Origin: Candidatus Nanoarchaeia archaeon
GTDB lineage: Archaea > Nanobdellota > Nanobdellia > Woesearchaeales > JACPBV01
NCBI GenBank assembly: GCA_028279655.1
Contig: JANQNH010000008.1
Span: 5,012 to 69,011, forward strand
Direction: 5' to 3'
Length of the DNA: 64,000 bases
Positions 8,775 to 19,206 of this stretch are shown in pieces. Within the stretch, counting starts at the first letter, position 1, and the number at the start of each line of letters is the position of its first letter. Under the pieces are notes generated by a model. That model had not been told where the DNA came from. It worked only from the letters and a program-made list of their open reading frames with translations, and made no database searches. The translations under genes and the position numbers were made by a program.

Positions 8775-10538
8775 TTATTCTAGAACAGCTTTTATCCTTC
8801 TTACACCAGCTGCAGAGCTTTGCTCTTTCTTTATCCTGAAATGACCAAGCTCTTTTGTGTTCTTTATGTGGGGACCTCCACAGATCTCTATGCTTTTGCC
8901 CCCTATTGTATAAACAAAGACCTTATCTCCATATTTATGTTCAAAGACTCCCTGGGCTCCTCTCTTTTTTGCCTCTTCCACTGTGAGTTCTTCCCTCTTT
9001 ACTTCCAGTTCTTCCTTGATTATCCCGTTGACCCAGTCCTCTACCTTTTTAAGCTCATCTTTTTCCAACTTTCTGTCGAAGTTGAAGTCAAACCTCAGAC
9101 GCTCCGGGGTTATGTTAGACCCCCTTTGGAATATATCTGGTTTCTTTAGAACTACCCTTAGGGCCTGATTTAGCAGATGGGTTGCTGTGTGAAGCTTGGT
9201 GGTTTCTTCGGAATGATCTCCAAGTCCTCCTTTGAATCGTTTTTCTGCTCCTACCCTTGACAGCTCCTGGTGTTTCTTGAATTCTTTTTCAAATCCTTCT
9301 TTGTCTACCTTTATGTTCGTTTCTTTTGCCAGCTCTTCTGTCATCTCTAGAGGAAAGCCGTAGGACTGAAATAAGAGGAATGCTTCAGTCCCTGATATTT
9401 TCTTGTTTTGAGACATCCTTTCAAACTTATGGAGGCCTTTTTCTAATGTTTTTCTGAACTTTTCGTCTTCTTTCTTCAGCTCTGTGATTATGAAGTCCTT
9501 GTTTCTATCCAATTCTTTGTAGTCTTCTTTGTGGAGCTTTATTACTATCTTTGCCAGCTCTGAAAGGAATTCCTTTTCTATGCCTAATGATTTTCCATGC
9601 CTTATGGAGCGCCTGATGAATCTTCTGAGGATATATCCCTGATCCAGGTTTGATGGGGTAATTCCAAGATTATCTCCCAGGATGAATGTTGATGCTCTTA
9701 CGTGGTCTGTTATTATGCGTATTGATAGTTCCTGTTCTTGGTTAGGGTTTTGTATTTGTGATAATTCTTTGATCTTTTCAATTATTGGTGTGAATATCTC
9801 TATATCATATACTGTTTTTTTACCCTGAAGCATGGCTGCTGTCCTCTCTAACCCCATCCCTGTATCTACGTTCTTCTGCTTTAGTTTTTCAAACTGTCCT
9901 TCTGCCACCTTGTTGTATTCCATAAATACGTCATTCCATACCTCAAAGTATTTTCCACAACCGCATCCTGGCCTGCAATCTTTGCTGCAAGGTTTGATCT
10001 TTGTATCAATGAACATCTCAGTGCATGGACCGCAAGGGCCTGTCTTTCCAGCTGGACCCCACCAATTGTCCTCTTTTGGAAGATAGTATATCCTTTCTTC
10101 TGGAATACCTAAGGATTTCCATTTTTCTGCTGATTCGGTGTCTTTTGGTGCATCCTTATCTCCCTTAAAAACAGTAACTGAAAGATCGTCTGGATTGAAT
10201 TTTAGTATCTTTGTAAGGAATTCATAGCTCCAGTCTATGGCCTCTTTCTTGAAATAATCTCCAAGAGACCAGTTACCAAGCATCTCAAAGAAGGTCAGAT
10301 GGGACGGGTCTCCTACAGCATCTATGTCCCCTGTTCTTATGCATTTTTGGACATCTACCAACCTATTTCCCTGAGGATGAGGCTGGCCCATCAGGAAAGG
10401 GACTAAGGGGTGCATACCTGCTGTAGTGAATAGAACTGTTGGATCGTGCTCTGGAATAAGAGAAGAGGAGTTGATTATCTTGTGCTGCTTTTCTTTGAAA
10501 AATTCCAAATACAGTTTTTTTAGTTGTTTTGTTTGCAT
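8775..10538 (-). CDS. alaS: Alanine--tRNA ligase, short form without C-Ala domain
   Basis: DPTVLFTTAGM, QKCIRTGDI, FEMLGNWS, DTGMGLER, editing motifs HTATH and CGGPH; ends GVRRIKAVLE. Confidence 0.96.
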   Translation of the reverse strand: MQTKQLKKLYLEFFKEKQHKIINSSSLIPEHDPTVLFTTAGMHPLVPFLMGQPHPQGNRLVDVQKCIRTGDIDAVGDPSHLTFFEMLGNWSLGDYFKKEAIDWSYEFLTKILKFNPDDLSVTVFKGDKDAPKDTESAEKWKSLGIPEERIYYLPKEDNWWGPAGKTGPCGPCTEMFIDTKIKPCSKDCRPGCGCGKYFEVWNDVFMEYNKVAEGQFEKLKQKNVDTGMGLERTAAMLQGKKTVYDIEIFTPIIEKIKELSQIQNPNQEQELSIRIITDHVRASTFILGDNLGITPSNLDQGYILRRFIRRSIRHGKSLGIEKEFLSELAKIVIKLHKEDYKELDRNKDFIITELKKEDEKFRKTLEKGLHKFERMSQNKKISGTEAFLLFQSYGFPLEMTEELAKETNIKVDKEGFEKEFKKHQELSRVGAEKRFKGGLGDHSEETTKLHTATHLLNQALRVVLKKPDIFQRGSNITPERLRFDFNFDRKLEKDELKKVEDWVNGIIKEELEVKREELTVEEAKKRGAQGVFEHKYGDKVFVYTIGGKSIEICGGPHIKNTKELGHFRIKKEQSSAAGVRRIKAVLE

Positions 10539-10600
10539 AGGGATTGTTGGTTTATGGTTATTTAAATAGTTTTTCTTTGGATTTTGTTATTTGTTATATT

Positions 10601-10708
10601 AAAAACCAACAACAACATAGGCACCTACGGACAAAGCTTCGCTTTGTCCTACTCGGCACCCCGTAGGGGGCAACCCCCTCCTCGTCAGTGCCAATGTTGG
10701 TGGTTTTT
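10601..10708. repeat. Palindromic intergenic element (family member)
   Basis: Terminal arms AAAAACCA..AACA/TGTTGGTGGTTTTT; hairpin GGACAAAGC-TTC-GCTTTGTCC; 27-nt block identical to 55649-55675. Confidence 0.85.
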
Positions 10709-10749
10709 TTACTGTATAATTTAAAAACAGGAGATGATTATTTGGAGAT

Positions 10750-11649
10750 ATGAACTTCAAAAACAAGATAATATTGGCTCCAATGGTTAGTGTCAACAAT
10801 ATTGCCTTTAGAAAACTATGTAGTGATTATGGGGCAGATATTGTCTATTCCCAGATGATCGATAGTGTAGGTTTTGTCAGAGGGAGCAGAAGATTGGTAG
10901 ATTTCTATGATGAGAAGAATCTTATCTCGCAGTTTCTTGGTAATGATCCTAAATCTATTGTTGAGAGCGCTTTGGGCGTCGCTGATAAGGTTATCGGGAT
11001 AGATTTGAATCTTGGATGCCCCCACAGCAACGTTGTCGGAAGGAAATGTGGATCCTATCTTATGAAGTTTCCTAAGAGGATAGGTGATGTAGTGAAGGGG
11101 CTTGTCAAGAATGTTGATCTTCCGATCACTGTGAAGATAAGGGCTGGTTATGATAAGGGGCATATCAATGCAGTGTCTATAGCTAAGTTATGTGATGGGG
11201 AAGGTGTTAGTGCTATTGGTGTGCATGGTAGGGCACGTACTGTAAATTATATGACCCCTGTAGATTATTCGATTATTAAGAAAGTAAAGGAGAGTGTTGG
11301 GGTTCCTGTTATTGGAAATGGAGATATTTTTGATGGTGAGAGTGCCAAGAAGATGTTTGACAGTACTGGTTGTGATTCTGTTATGATAGGCAGAGGTGCA
11401 ATGGGTAATCCATGCATATTTGATGAGATTAAGATTTATCTAAAGGGGAAAAATTCCAAGAAGGTTGATAAGAAGAGGATGTTTCTTAGATATCTTAGGT
11501 ACTGTAAAAGATATGAGGTAGCTTTTGTTGAGATAAAGAAACAAGCACAGTGGTTTACCAAAGGCATGGTTGGAGGGGGGGAGTTTAGATTAAGGATGAA
11601 TGATGCTAAGAGTGTTGATGAGTTGAAGGAGATCTATTCTGAGATTTGA
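10750..11649 (+). CDS. dus: tRNA-dihydrouridine synthase
   Basis: ILAPM, DLNLGCP, ITVKIRAG, VHGR, IGNGDI, VMIGRGAMGNP. Confidence 0.95.
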   Translation: MNFKNKIILAPMVSVNNIAFRKLCSDYGADIVYSQMIDSVGFVRGSRRLVDFYDEKNLISQFLGNDPKSIVESALGVADKVIGIDLNLGCPHSNVVGRKCGSYLMKFPKRIGDVVKGLVKNVDLPITVKIRAGYDKGHINAVSIAKLCDGEGVSAIGVHGRARTVNYMTPVDYSIIKKVKESVGVPVIGNGDIFDGESAKKMFDSTGCDSVMIGRGAMGNPCIFDEIKIYLKGKNSKKVDKKRMFLRYLRYCKRYEVAFVEIKKQAQWFTKGMVGGGEFRLRMNDAKSVDELKEIYSEI

Positions 11650-11731
11650 AACAAAAGTTTTGAGGAATAAGGGATTTCTAAAGCGTGTGAAATCACAAAG
11701 TTTTTATAGTAATAATTTAAAAAAAATAGGC

Positions 11732-12139
11732 ATGGACCTGGTTTATGAGCAAGTGTTGAAATTATTATTGGCTGTGGTTTTAGGCGGCCTTATTGGTTTT
11801 GAAAGAGAGAGGAGCCATAAGCCAGCCGGATTGAGAACACATATGCTTGTATGTCTTGGGGCTTCTTTGATTACTATCGTCTCAATTAATTATTTTGTGA
11901 ATGATTATGCAAGGATAATATCCGGGATAGTAAGCGGGATAGGTTTTATTGGGGCAGGAACGATAATTGCACAAGGTAACAAAGGCATACATGGATTGAC
12001 TACTGCAGCAAGTTTATGGGCTGTTGCTACAATAGGGATAACTGTCGGAATAGGGTGGTATGCCCTGGCTTCAATGGCCACTGCCTTGATAATGTTGGTC
12101 CTATTTATGGCTAAATTGGAACATATGTCATTGAAATAA
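11732..12139 (+). CDS. MgtC/SapB family membrane protein
   Basis: GGLIGFERE, AGLRTH, GIGFIGAG, GLTTAASLW. Confidence 0.93.
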   Translation: MDLVYEQVLKLLLAVVLGGLIGFERERSHKPAGLRTHMLVCLGASLITIVSINYFVNDYARIISGIVSGIGFIGAGTIIAQGNKGIHGLTTAASLWAVATIGITVGIGWYALASMATALIMLVLFMAKLEHMSLK

Positions 12140-12168
12140 AAAATCCATGCAGGATTTTATTTTTCCTG

Positions 12169-12918
12169 CTAGGAGAACAATCTTTCCAGGATATCCAGCG
12201 TATATAGGATGGTGGCTTGTGTCTGTTGTTTTGTTGGATAAAAGGCTTGTTTCTTCTTATGGACTGAAAAGATCCTTACCTGATTTATAAGATGGATCTG
12301 GTTTGTAATTGCCGGGTCTAACTGAGTGTTCTTGTCCTTTAGCTTTGCAATTACGTTTCCTAATCCTATCCCAGGGGATTTTTCCAAAAGGTCATTGTTT
12401 GTCAGCTCGTAGTATTTTCTGTGTAAGGCGGTTTCAAGGATTCTTCCGCATAGTATTATGGATGACCTGTAGCACTGATTGTTAAAGCACCTGTTGAGTT
12501 CCTCTATGTCTGCCTTTATGTCTGAGCTTATCTGGTCCGGTATGTTGGTTGGTATGTCAAAGGTCTTTTCAGGCTCAATTTTTGGAAGAACCAGCTGTTT
12601 TGAGATTAGTAGCAGTTTTTTAACTGTCTTTTCGAGGTTTTGAAGGTTTTTGTTCTCCAGTTCTGGTATTATCTCCAGGATCTGATTTAGGTAAGGCTGG
12701 TTCCTTATGTCGTGTTTTGCCAGCTGCGGGAGAGAAAGGGCATCTGATTTAACAAGCTTAAGGTTTGATTTAAGGGTGTTGTAGTGATAGATCTTCTGTT
12801 TTTCTTTAAAATCGTAGAGGGCTTTTTCGTTGTCTAGGTTTTTATTAAGATCGATGTTGTTCTTTTGAGCTAGAGAGATCGCGTTTTGTAGGTTTAATAG
12901 GGATTTATTGAAGGTCAT
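12169..12918 (-). CDS. DUF4145/HEPN-like domain protein
   Basis: C-terminal DIEEL.RCF...CYRSSIILCGRILE and R...VH motif. Confidence 0.6.
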   Translation of the reverse strand: MTFNKSLLNLQNAISLAQKNNIDLNKNLDNEKALYDFKEKQKIYHYNTLKSNLKLVKSDALSLPQLAKHDIRNQPYLNQILEIIPELENKNLQNLEKTVKKLLLISKQLVLPKIEPEKTFDIPTNIPDQISSDIKADIEELNRCFNNQCYRSSIILCGRILETALHRKYYELTNNDLLEKSPGIGLGNVIAKLKDKNTQLDPAITNQIHLINQVRIFSVHKKKQAFYPTKQQTQATILYTLDILERLFS

Positions 12919-12919
12919 T

Positions 12920-14089
12920 TTATGTGTAAGCTGTCAGTTTCTTCTGGGTTCTTAATTGTCTTAGTAAGATGCTCTGATTTAATAAGGTTTCTACGTTGTA
13001 GCTGAATTTCTTTTTTACAAGGTGTTTTATATATTTTAGCATTAGTTCTTTTGATGAGAATTTAAGCGGTTTTTGATTTAAGGCGTTTCTTGCGCTTTCT
13101 CGTGTCACCCATACCCCTAAGGGTGTATTGTACTCAGGAGTTATGAAACGGAGGGCTAATGCTGAGGCTTGTCTTTTCATCTGCCTTAGCTTATCTCCTA
13201 TCGCTAATCTTACGGTGTAATAGCCTCCTTCACAGGTAAATGAATAATTTTTTCTTCCTGAGTACGATTCAAAGTCTGTAGAGTAGCTATTTGTATTTTT
13301 TAATGACATTTCAAATAGTTCATAGCTCCAGATCTCTGGGAATAATAAGATTATATAGTAATTTCCAAGGTATCCTCCAAAGTATACATCGTATGTATCT
13401 ATAGTGCTGTTGTCTTTTATCTCAGATATGCGCTTTTTGCCAAGCATGTCATCGGTAGCTGTAATCCCCCACCTAGTTGGAACTAGTTTTCTGTTGTATT
13501 TTATCCCAACGGCTCCAACACTTAGAATCTGAGAAAGATGATTTTCGTCTATGCCTCTGTCATAGAGGTATGTTATTGCTTGTTGCGCTTTAAGGTCTGT
13601 ATCTGAGAATACTTTCTCTACCTTGGTGTTGACCTTTGGATTAGAGGTTATCTTTGCTTTTTTCAGGTCTGCATTTGGCCCTGTTGGAGTTGCATGTGAA
13701 TAGGTGTTCAACCTAAAATGGGGCTTGTCCTTTAGGTTAACCTCTACCTCTACCGGTCTTGATGCTAAACCTACCTCTTGAGCTAACTGGTTTAGCTTTT
13801 CTTGTTTTGTGTAGATATTCGATCTGAACCTTGAGTTTATCAGCGTGCTTCTGATGTTCACTATTTCATTGATGTTTTTTTGTTCTTTGCTCCATAGTTT
13901 TGGATTATCCAACTCTTCTTTGTTACTGTAGTCTATGGCTGAGAGTATACCCACGTTGACATTAGGGTAGCCGTATCTTCCTATGAATGGCATTGGAGAG
14001 TCTCCGAAGAAATCATTCTTAAAATCCAGTTTCCGGGATATTATTCTTATGTTATTGTCAATTATCTCTGATATTTTCTTAGGAAGCAT
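12920..14089 (-). CDS. nreA: Nre-family DNA repair protein
   Basis: FIGRYGYPNVNVG, RKLVPTRWGITATDD, GGYY, PLGVWVTRE; C-terminal PIP-like QKKLTAY. Confidence 0.9.
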   Translation of the reverse strand: MLPKKISEIIDNNIRIISRKLDFKNDFFGDSPMPFIGRYGYPNVNVGILSAIDYSNKEELDNPKLWSKEQKNINEIVNIRSTLINSRFRSNIYTKQEKLNQLAQEVGLASRPVEVEVNLKDKPHFRLNTYSHATPTGPNADLKKAKITSNPKVNTKVEKVFSDTDLKAQQAITYLYDRGIDENHLSQILSVGAVGIKYNRKLVPTRWGITATDDMLGKKRISEIKDNSTIDTYDVYFGGYLGNYYIILLFPEIWSYELFEMSLKNTNSYSTDFESYSGRKNYSFTCEGGYYTVRLAIGDKLRQMKRQASALALRFITPEYNTPLGVWVTRESARNALNQKPLKFSSKELMLKYIKHLVKKKFSYNVETLLNQSILLRQLRTQKKLTAYT

Positions 14090-14202
14090 GTAGTGGGGGT
14101 GTTCTGGGTAGTTAAATAGTTTTCTAGTTTTTTCTTAATACCAAAAACTTATATACTAGTGGGTAAGTTTTATAATTGATATATGTTTTTTTATGTGGAA
14201 AG

Positions 14203-15234
14203 ATGTTAAGCGACAAAGATGTTAAAAAAATAAGGGAGGAGCTGGATAATTGCCAGAATCCTTTGTTCTTTTTCCATGATGATCCTGATGGCCTGTGCAG
14301 TTTCTTGTTGTTGTACAGGTATATAAGGGAAGGCCATGGGATTGTTTTCAAGTCAAAACCTGGGTTAGGGGTAAGGTTTTTACGGAAGGTTGAGGAGTAT
14401 ACCCCTGATAAGGTGTTTATACTTGATATACCGATTGTTGACCAGGAGTTTATCGATAATGTAAAGGTGCCGGTGATATGGATTGATCATCATACACCTT
14501 TGGAGAGGAACAAGGTAAAGTATTTCAATCCTCGTCTTAATGATAGATCGGATGGTACTCCTGTTACCAGGATATGCTATGAAGTAGCCAAACAGGATAT
14601 GTGGATAGCTGCTGTGGGGTGTGTCGGTGATTGGGTGGTGCCGGATTTTTTTGATGAGTTTAAGGGAAGGTATAAGGGATTTGTTGATGGTAAGGTAAAA
14701 GATCCAGGGAAGATATATTTTGAGAGTAAATTAGGGGAACTAATCAGGATATTCTCATATATATTGAAGGGAAAGACAAGCGACGCAATAAAATGTTTCA
14801 AGATACTTACAAGGATAGATGATCCAAGAGAGATACTTGATGGGAGTTCGGCAAGAGGCAAGTTTATCTATTCTAGATTTGAGAAGATAAATAACGAGTA
14901 TGTTAAACTGCTGGAGGAGGCTGTGAAGCATGCCAGCAAGGATGGGCTGCTTATCTTTATCTATGATGAAAAGAAGATGAGCTTTACAGGAGATCTTTCT
15001 AATGAGCTGATCCATAGATACCCAGACAAGATTGTTGTTGTTGGGAGGGAGAAGAACGGAGAGATTCGAATGAGTCTTCGTAGTACTAAGGTTAAGTTGC
15101 CTGCTGTTATCGAGAAGGCCTTGATTGGTGTTGAAGGCTATGGTGGCGGGCATGAGTATGCATGCGGAGCTAATGTAAAAAAGGAAGATTTTGATAGGTT
15201 TATTTACAGTATTAGGGAAGAGATTATCCAATAA
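14203..15234 (+). CDS. DHH/DHHA1 phosphoesterase (RecJ/NrnA-like)
   Basis: HDDPDG, ILD, IDHH and GGGH motifs. Confidence 0.9.
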   Translation: MLSDKDVKKIREELDNCQNPLFFFHDDPDGLCSFLLLYRYIREGHGIVFKSKPGLGVRFLRKVEEYTPDKVFILDIPIVDQEFIDNVKVPVIWIDHHTPLERNKVKYFNPRLNDRSDGTPVTRICYEVAKQDMWIAAVGCVGDWVVPDFFDEFKGRYKGFVDGKVKDPGKIYFESKLGELIRIFSYILKGKTSDAIKCFKILTRIDDPREILDGSSARGKFIYSRFEKINNEYVKLLEEAVKHASKDGLLIFIYDEKKMSFTGDLSNELIHRYPDKIVVVGREKNGEIRMSLRSTKVKLPAVIEKALIGVEGYGGGHEYACGANVKKEDFDRFIYSIREEIIQ

Positions 15235-15259
15235 TCTTAAATAATCTATTATTCTAGGT

Positions 15260-16105
15260 ATGTATATGGTTGGAAGATTTATCAAAAGCTTTGATGGGAA
15301 CAGGATATATTATGATATCTGCCGTAAGAGGGGAAGTTTTTTGGTTTTCTTGCATGGGTGGCCGCACAACCATACTGTTTGGAAGAAGGAGTTGAGGTAT
15401 TTCCAGAAAAAAGGCTATTCGACTGTTGCTGTTGATCTTAGAGGGCATGGCAAGTCAGATAAGCCTTCTAGGTTGAAGGATTATACGTTTGACAGATTTG
15501 CAAAGGATATCAATCTTATTATCAATAGGGAGAAGATCCAGGACTTTATTTTGATTGGACATTCCTTAGGTGGGATGATAGGGCTAGAGATGTACTCTTT
15601 GTTTCCTAAGGGGATTAAGGCTTTGGTATTAGTCGATACTATCTATGAGAATCCACTTAAGCATTTTTCGTTCATCAGACATTTACATCTGACTCCACTT
15701 ACTGAGCATGTGCTGAAGTTTATATTAGAAAGCGATAAGATCAGGAAGAAGCATTTTCCCTATGTGGATTTCAGCAAATTCAAGGATCACTCTGATTTTT
15801 TCTATTGGATGAAGGGAGCTAAGGAAACTCCTATGAAGAGTGTCTTATCGTGTCTTGAGGAGATGGTAGAGTTTAACAGAAAAGATGTTTTAAAGAAGAT
15901 AGAGGTGCCTACTTTGATAATCGAGGGGGAAAAGGACAGGAGGATTCCCCTGGATTCTGCAAAGGTTATGGCTAAGAAGATAAAGGGTGCTGAGTTGAAG
16001 ATTATTAAAGGAGCAAGCCATGATGTGGATATTAGAAGGCCTAATGAAGTGGAGCACACAATACTGGATTTTCTTGATCAGATAGATTCAAGGAAAGGTT
16101 TTTAA
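15260..16105 (+). CDS. Alpha/beta hydrolase
   Basis: FLHGW, DLRGHGKS, GHSLGG nucleophile elbow, GEKD, ASH. Confidence 0.92.
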   Translation: MYMVGRFIKSFDGNRIYYDICRKRGSFLVFLHGWPHNHTVWKKELRYFQKKGYSTVAVDLRGHGKSDKPSRLKDYTFDRFAKDINLIINREKIQDFILIGHSLGGMIGLEMYSLFPKGIKALVLVDTIYENPLKHFSFIRHLHLTPLTEHVLKFILESDKIRKKHFPYVDFSKFKDHSDFFYWMKGAKETPMKSVLSCLEEMVEFNRKDVLKKIEVPTLIIEGEKDRRIPLDSAKVMAKKIKGAELKIIKGASHDVDIRRPNEVEHTILDFLDQIDSRKGF

Positions 16106-16128
16106 AAGGCTTTCTGTTACCCAAATCT

Positions 16129-17025
16129 ATGAAGAAGATTGGGATACCCAAGACACTATTCTATTACAAACATCCTGTTTTGTGGGAGAGCTTTTTTAGG
16201 GAATTGGGTTATGAGGTTGTGCTCTCTGATGATACAAACAGAAAGATACTGGATGAATCCCTTAGATTGAGCGATAGTGAGTCTTGTTTGGCTGTAAAGC
16301 TTCTTGCAGGACATATCAAGGACCTAAGTGATAAGTGTGATTTAATTTTTGTGCCAAAACTAGCATCTAACAAAAGAAAATATTTTTCCTGTCCAAAATT
16401 CCTTGTTCTTCCTTATCTGGCTAGATTGTTCAGCGATTATAAAAAAAAGGTCATTATCTCAAACTTTAATGTGAATTATTCACCTAAGATAGTATCTTTA
16501 TTCCTACTTGGTTTTAAACTAAGCAAGAATCCTTTTAAGGTATTGGGGGCTGCCTTTATGGCTCTGAAGGAAGATGAAAAGGAGAAGGAGGGAAAATTAG
16601 CGTCCTTTTCTGAAAAGATCAAAAAGCCAGGGATAAAACTTCTAATAATATCTCACCCTTATATCATAAATGATAGGTTTATGAGCTTTAATATATTCAA
16701 AAGATTAGAGGAATTAGGTGCGGTTTCGTTGATAATTGATGAGGTCCCTTATGAAGATAAGGATACGGAGGTTAAGTGGGATTTTGCAAATGAATTCCTT
16801 AATTCGCTGGACTATATACTTGAGAAAAATATTAAGATAGACGGAGTAATACAGATCTCTAATTTTAGCTGTGGTATTGACTCTATCATGGTAGACTTGG
16901 TAAAGGAAAAGATAAGGGAAAGCGATATGAATTATCTGAACCTTATAGTAGATGAGCATACAGGCGAGGCAGGAATTGTCACAAGACTAGAGGCTTTTGT
17001 CGATTCTATCAAAGGTGCAAAATGA
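16129..17025 (+). CDS. Acyl-CoA dehydratase activase-related protein (DUF2229-like)
   Basis: KIGIPK.L, SCLAVK...GH, CPKF, FSCG.D, DEHTGEAGIVTRLEAF. Confidence 0.85.
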   Translation: MKKIGIPKTLFYYKHPVLWESFFRELGYEVVLSDDTNRKILDESLRLSDSESCLAVKLLAGHIKDLSDKCDLIFVPKLASNKRKYFSCPKFLVLPYLARLFSDYKKKVIISNFNVNYSPKIVSLFLLGFKLSKNPFKVLGAAFMALKEDEKEKEGKLASFSEKIKKPGIKLLIISHPYIINDRFMSFNIFKRLEELGAVSLIIDEVPYEDKDTEVKWDFANEFLNSLDYILEKNIKIDGVIQISNFSCGIDSIMVDLVKEKIRESDMNYLNLIVDEHTGEAGIVTRLEAFVDSIKGAK

Positions 17026-18092
17026 ATAAAAGATATACTTTTCCTTATATGGGGGATTATACCTCTGTATTCAAGGATGTTTTTGGGAAGGAACTAGACT
17101 ATGTATTGACAAAACCAAACAAGGAAACCATTGAGCTTGGCGGAAAATATTCTCCAGAATGCATGTGTTTCCCCTTTAAGGTCACTCTTGGGAATATAAT
17201 GGAAAACATCAATAAAGGAGCTACGGATGCATTTATGGTTGAGATGCATGTAAGAAGTGATGAAGGGGAGTGCAGGTTAGGATACTACCCTATGCTTCAA
17301 GAGATTATCCTGAAAAATGCAGGGCATGAGGTTAACCTGAATAGTGTGCTGATAGAAAAACCTATAAGTTCTATTAGGAGGGCAATGCCCGGGATTAGCA
17401 CATGGAGTATACTCAAGGGGCTTTCTTTGTTCTTTATGAAAACATATCTAGTTGATTATCTTAATGACATCTTTTATAAGATTAAGGCAAGGGCAGATAA
17501 AAAAGAGGTCGATGATCTAAAGAAAAAGCTGCTATTGGAGATTGAAAAGACGGATAATGTTTTTGGATTAGTTAAGTTGAAAGGAAGGATAAAGAGGTCC
17601 TTTAGTGGGGTAAAGACTAGCAATAGGGATGTACTTAGGGTAGGCATATTTGGAGAGATATACATTGTTAATGAGCTATCAATAAACAATGATGTTGCTG
17701 ATTTCCTGAATAAAAGAGGTATTGAGGTAACTATATTTACTACGCTATCTGATGTCCTTAAGTATAGGTATATCACAAAGAGATTAAAGATCAGAAAATA
17801 CAATAAGATTGCAGGCAGATATGTCAAAGGACATCTAGGAGGGCATGGGCTGGAGTCTGCAGTCCATCTAATCGAGGCAAGTGATTATGATGGAGTAATC
17901 CACCTTTCTCCATTTGGATGCATGCCTGAGGTTAGTGTAAGGCCTATCCTTAACAGAATAGCAAAAGATAAAAAGATCAATTTTTTAAGTCTTTCATTGG
18001 ATGAACAGACAGGAAAAGCAGGACTTGAAACAAGGCTGGAGGCATTTGTAGATATGATCAGACAGCAAAAGAAAGGTGAGGTACATGGATGA
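17022..18092 (+). CDS. 2-hydroxyacyl-CoA dehydratase-related protein
   Basis: FPYMG, SPE..CFPFK..LG, CRLGYY, GEIY, PFGCMPE, DEQTGKAGLETRLEAF. Confidence 0.85.
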   Translation: MNKRYTFPYMGDYTSVFKDVFGKELDYVLTKPNKETIELGGKYSPECMCFPFKVTLGNIMENINKGATDAFMVEMHVRSDEGECRLGYYPMLQEIILKNAGHEVNLNSVLIEKPISSIRRAMPGISTWSILKGLSLFFMKTYLVDYLNDIFYKIKARADKKEVDDLKKKLLLEIEKTDNVFGLVKLKGRIKRSFSGVKTSNRDVLRVGIFGEIYIVNELSINNDVADFLNKRGIEVTIFTTLSDVLKYRYITKRLKIRKYNKIAGRYVKGHLGGHGLESAVHLIEASDYDGVIHLSPFGCMPEVSVRPILNRIAKDKKINFLSLSLDEQTGKAGLETRLEAFVDMIRQQKKGEVHG

Positions 18093-19029
18093 ATTTTTCC
18101 TTGGGATTGACGTTGGGAGCATTTCAACTAATCTTGTGCTTTTGGATAAGGAGAAGAAGGTTAGATATAGTTCCTATATAAGGACTGATGGAAATCCCAT
18201 TAAGGCTGTCAAGTGTGGACTTAGGCAGATAAAAGAGAAATTTCCCTCCCTATTGATTAAAGGTGTTGGGACAACTGGAAGTGCAAGAAATCTTATTGGA
18301 ACGATTGTTGGCGCTGATCTGGTGAAGAATGAGATCACTGCGCATGCAACTGCATCATCCTTTTTTTCTCCTGAGGTTCAGACAATATTGGAGATTGGAG
18401 GGCAGGACAGTAAGCTGATCATATTAAGGAACGTTGTTGTTGTTGATTTTGCGATGAATTCTGTATGTGCTGCAGGGACAGGAAGTTTTTTGGATAGCCA
18501 GTCAAGCAGGCTTAAGATACCTGTTGAAGAGTTTGGAGACCTTGCACTAAAGTCAAAAGAGGATGTTAATATTGCTGGCAGGTGTACTGTGTTTGCAGAG
18601 AGTGATATGATCCATAAGCAGCAGGTAGGGCACAGCAATGAGGATATCATATATGGTCTTTGCAATTCCCTTGTTAGGAATTACCTCAATAATCTAGGCA
18701 GGGGAAAGGAGCTTCTTGGGCCAATCATGTTTCAAGGTGGAGTAAGTGAGAACAAAGGAATGATAAAGGCATTTGAAGAAGCGCTGGGTGAGAAATTGAT
18801 AGTACCTGAGCATAACAAGGTGATGGGTGCAATAGGCATAGCATTGTTGGTTTCCAGGAATGTTCCTGAGAAGACTAAGTTTAGGGGATTTGAGCTGTCG
18901 GATAAAGAGATTTTTACTAAGAGCTTCAATTGTGAGGGTTGTCCGAACAGGTGTGAGGTTATTGAAGCGTATATTGAAGAAGAGCTACTTTCTAGATGGA
19001 ATGATAGGTGCGGTAAGTGGCAAGTTTAG
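18085..19029 (+). CDS. 2-hydroxyacyl-CoA dehydratase activase (BadF/BadG/BcrA/BcrD ATPase)
   Basis: LGIDVGS, TTGS.R, NEITAH, EIGGQDSK, CAAGTG, CTVFAES, C..C.N.C. Confidence 0.93.
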   Translation: MDEFFLGIDVGSISTNLVLLDKEKKVRYSSYIRTDGNPIKAVKCGLRQIKEKFPSLLIKGVGTTGSARNLIGTIVGADLVKNEITAHATASSFFSPEVQTILEIGGQDSKLIILRNVVVVDFAMNSVCAAGTGSFLDSQSSRLKIPVEEFGDLALKSKEDVNIAGRCTVFAESDMIHKQQVGHSNEDIIYGLCNSLVRNYLNNLGRGKELLGPIMFQGGVSENKGMIKAFEEALGEKLIVPEHNKVMGAIGIALLVSRNVPEKTKFRGFELSDKEIFTKSFNCEGCPNRCEVIEAYIEEELLSRWNDRCGKWQV

Positions 19030-19048
19030 TTCTTATTTGTTTATTATT

Positions 19049-19163
19049 AAATTTTTAACAACAATAATGACGGGAGACGGCCATTTTGCATAGCAAAATT
19101 TCCTACGGGGGGTTTCCTACGGAACAACCCTCCCCCCGTCTCCGCCATTGTTGTTAAAATTTT
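19049..19163. repeat. Palindromic intergenic element (family member)
   Basis: Arms TTTTAACAACAAT/ATTGTTGTTAAAA, GGAGACGG/CCGTCTCC, internal G/C-run hairpins. Confidence 0.85.
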
Positions 19164-19206
19164 TCAGTTAATTTTATAAAGGTTTGATTGATTCTAAAGA
19201 GGTATT

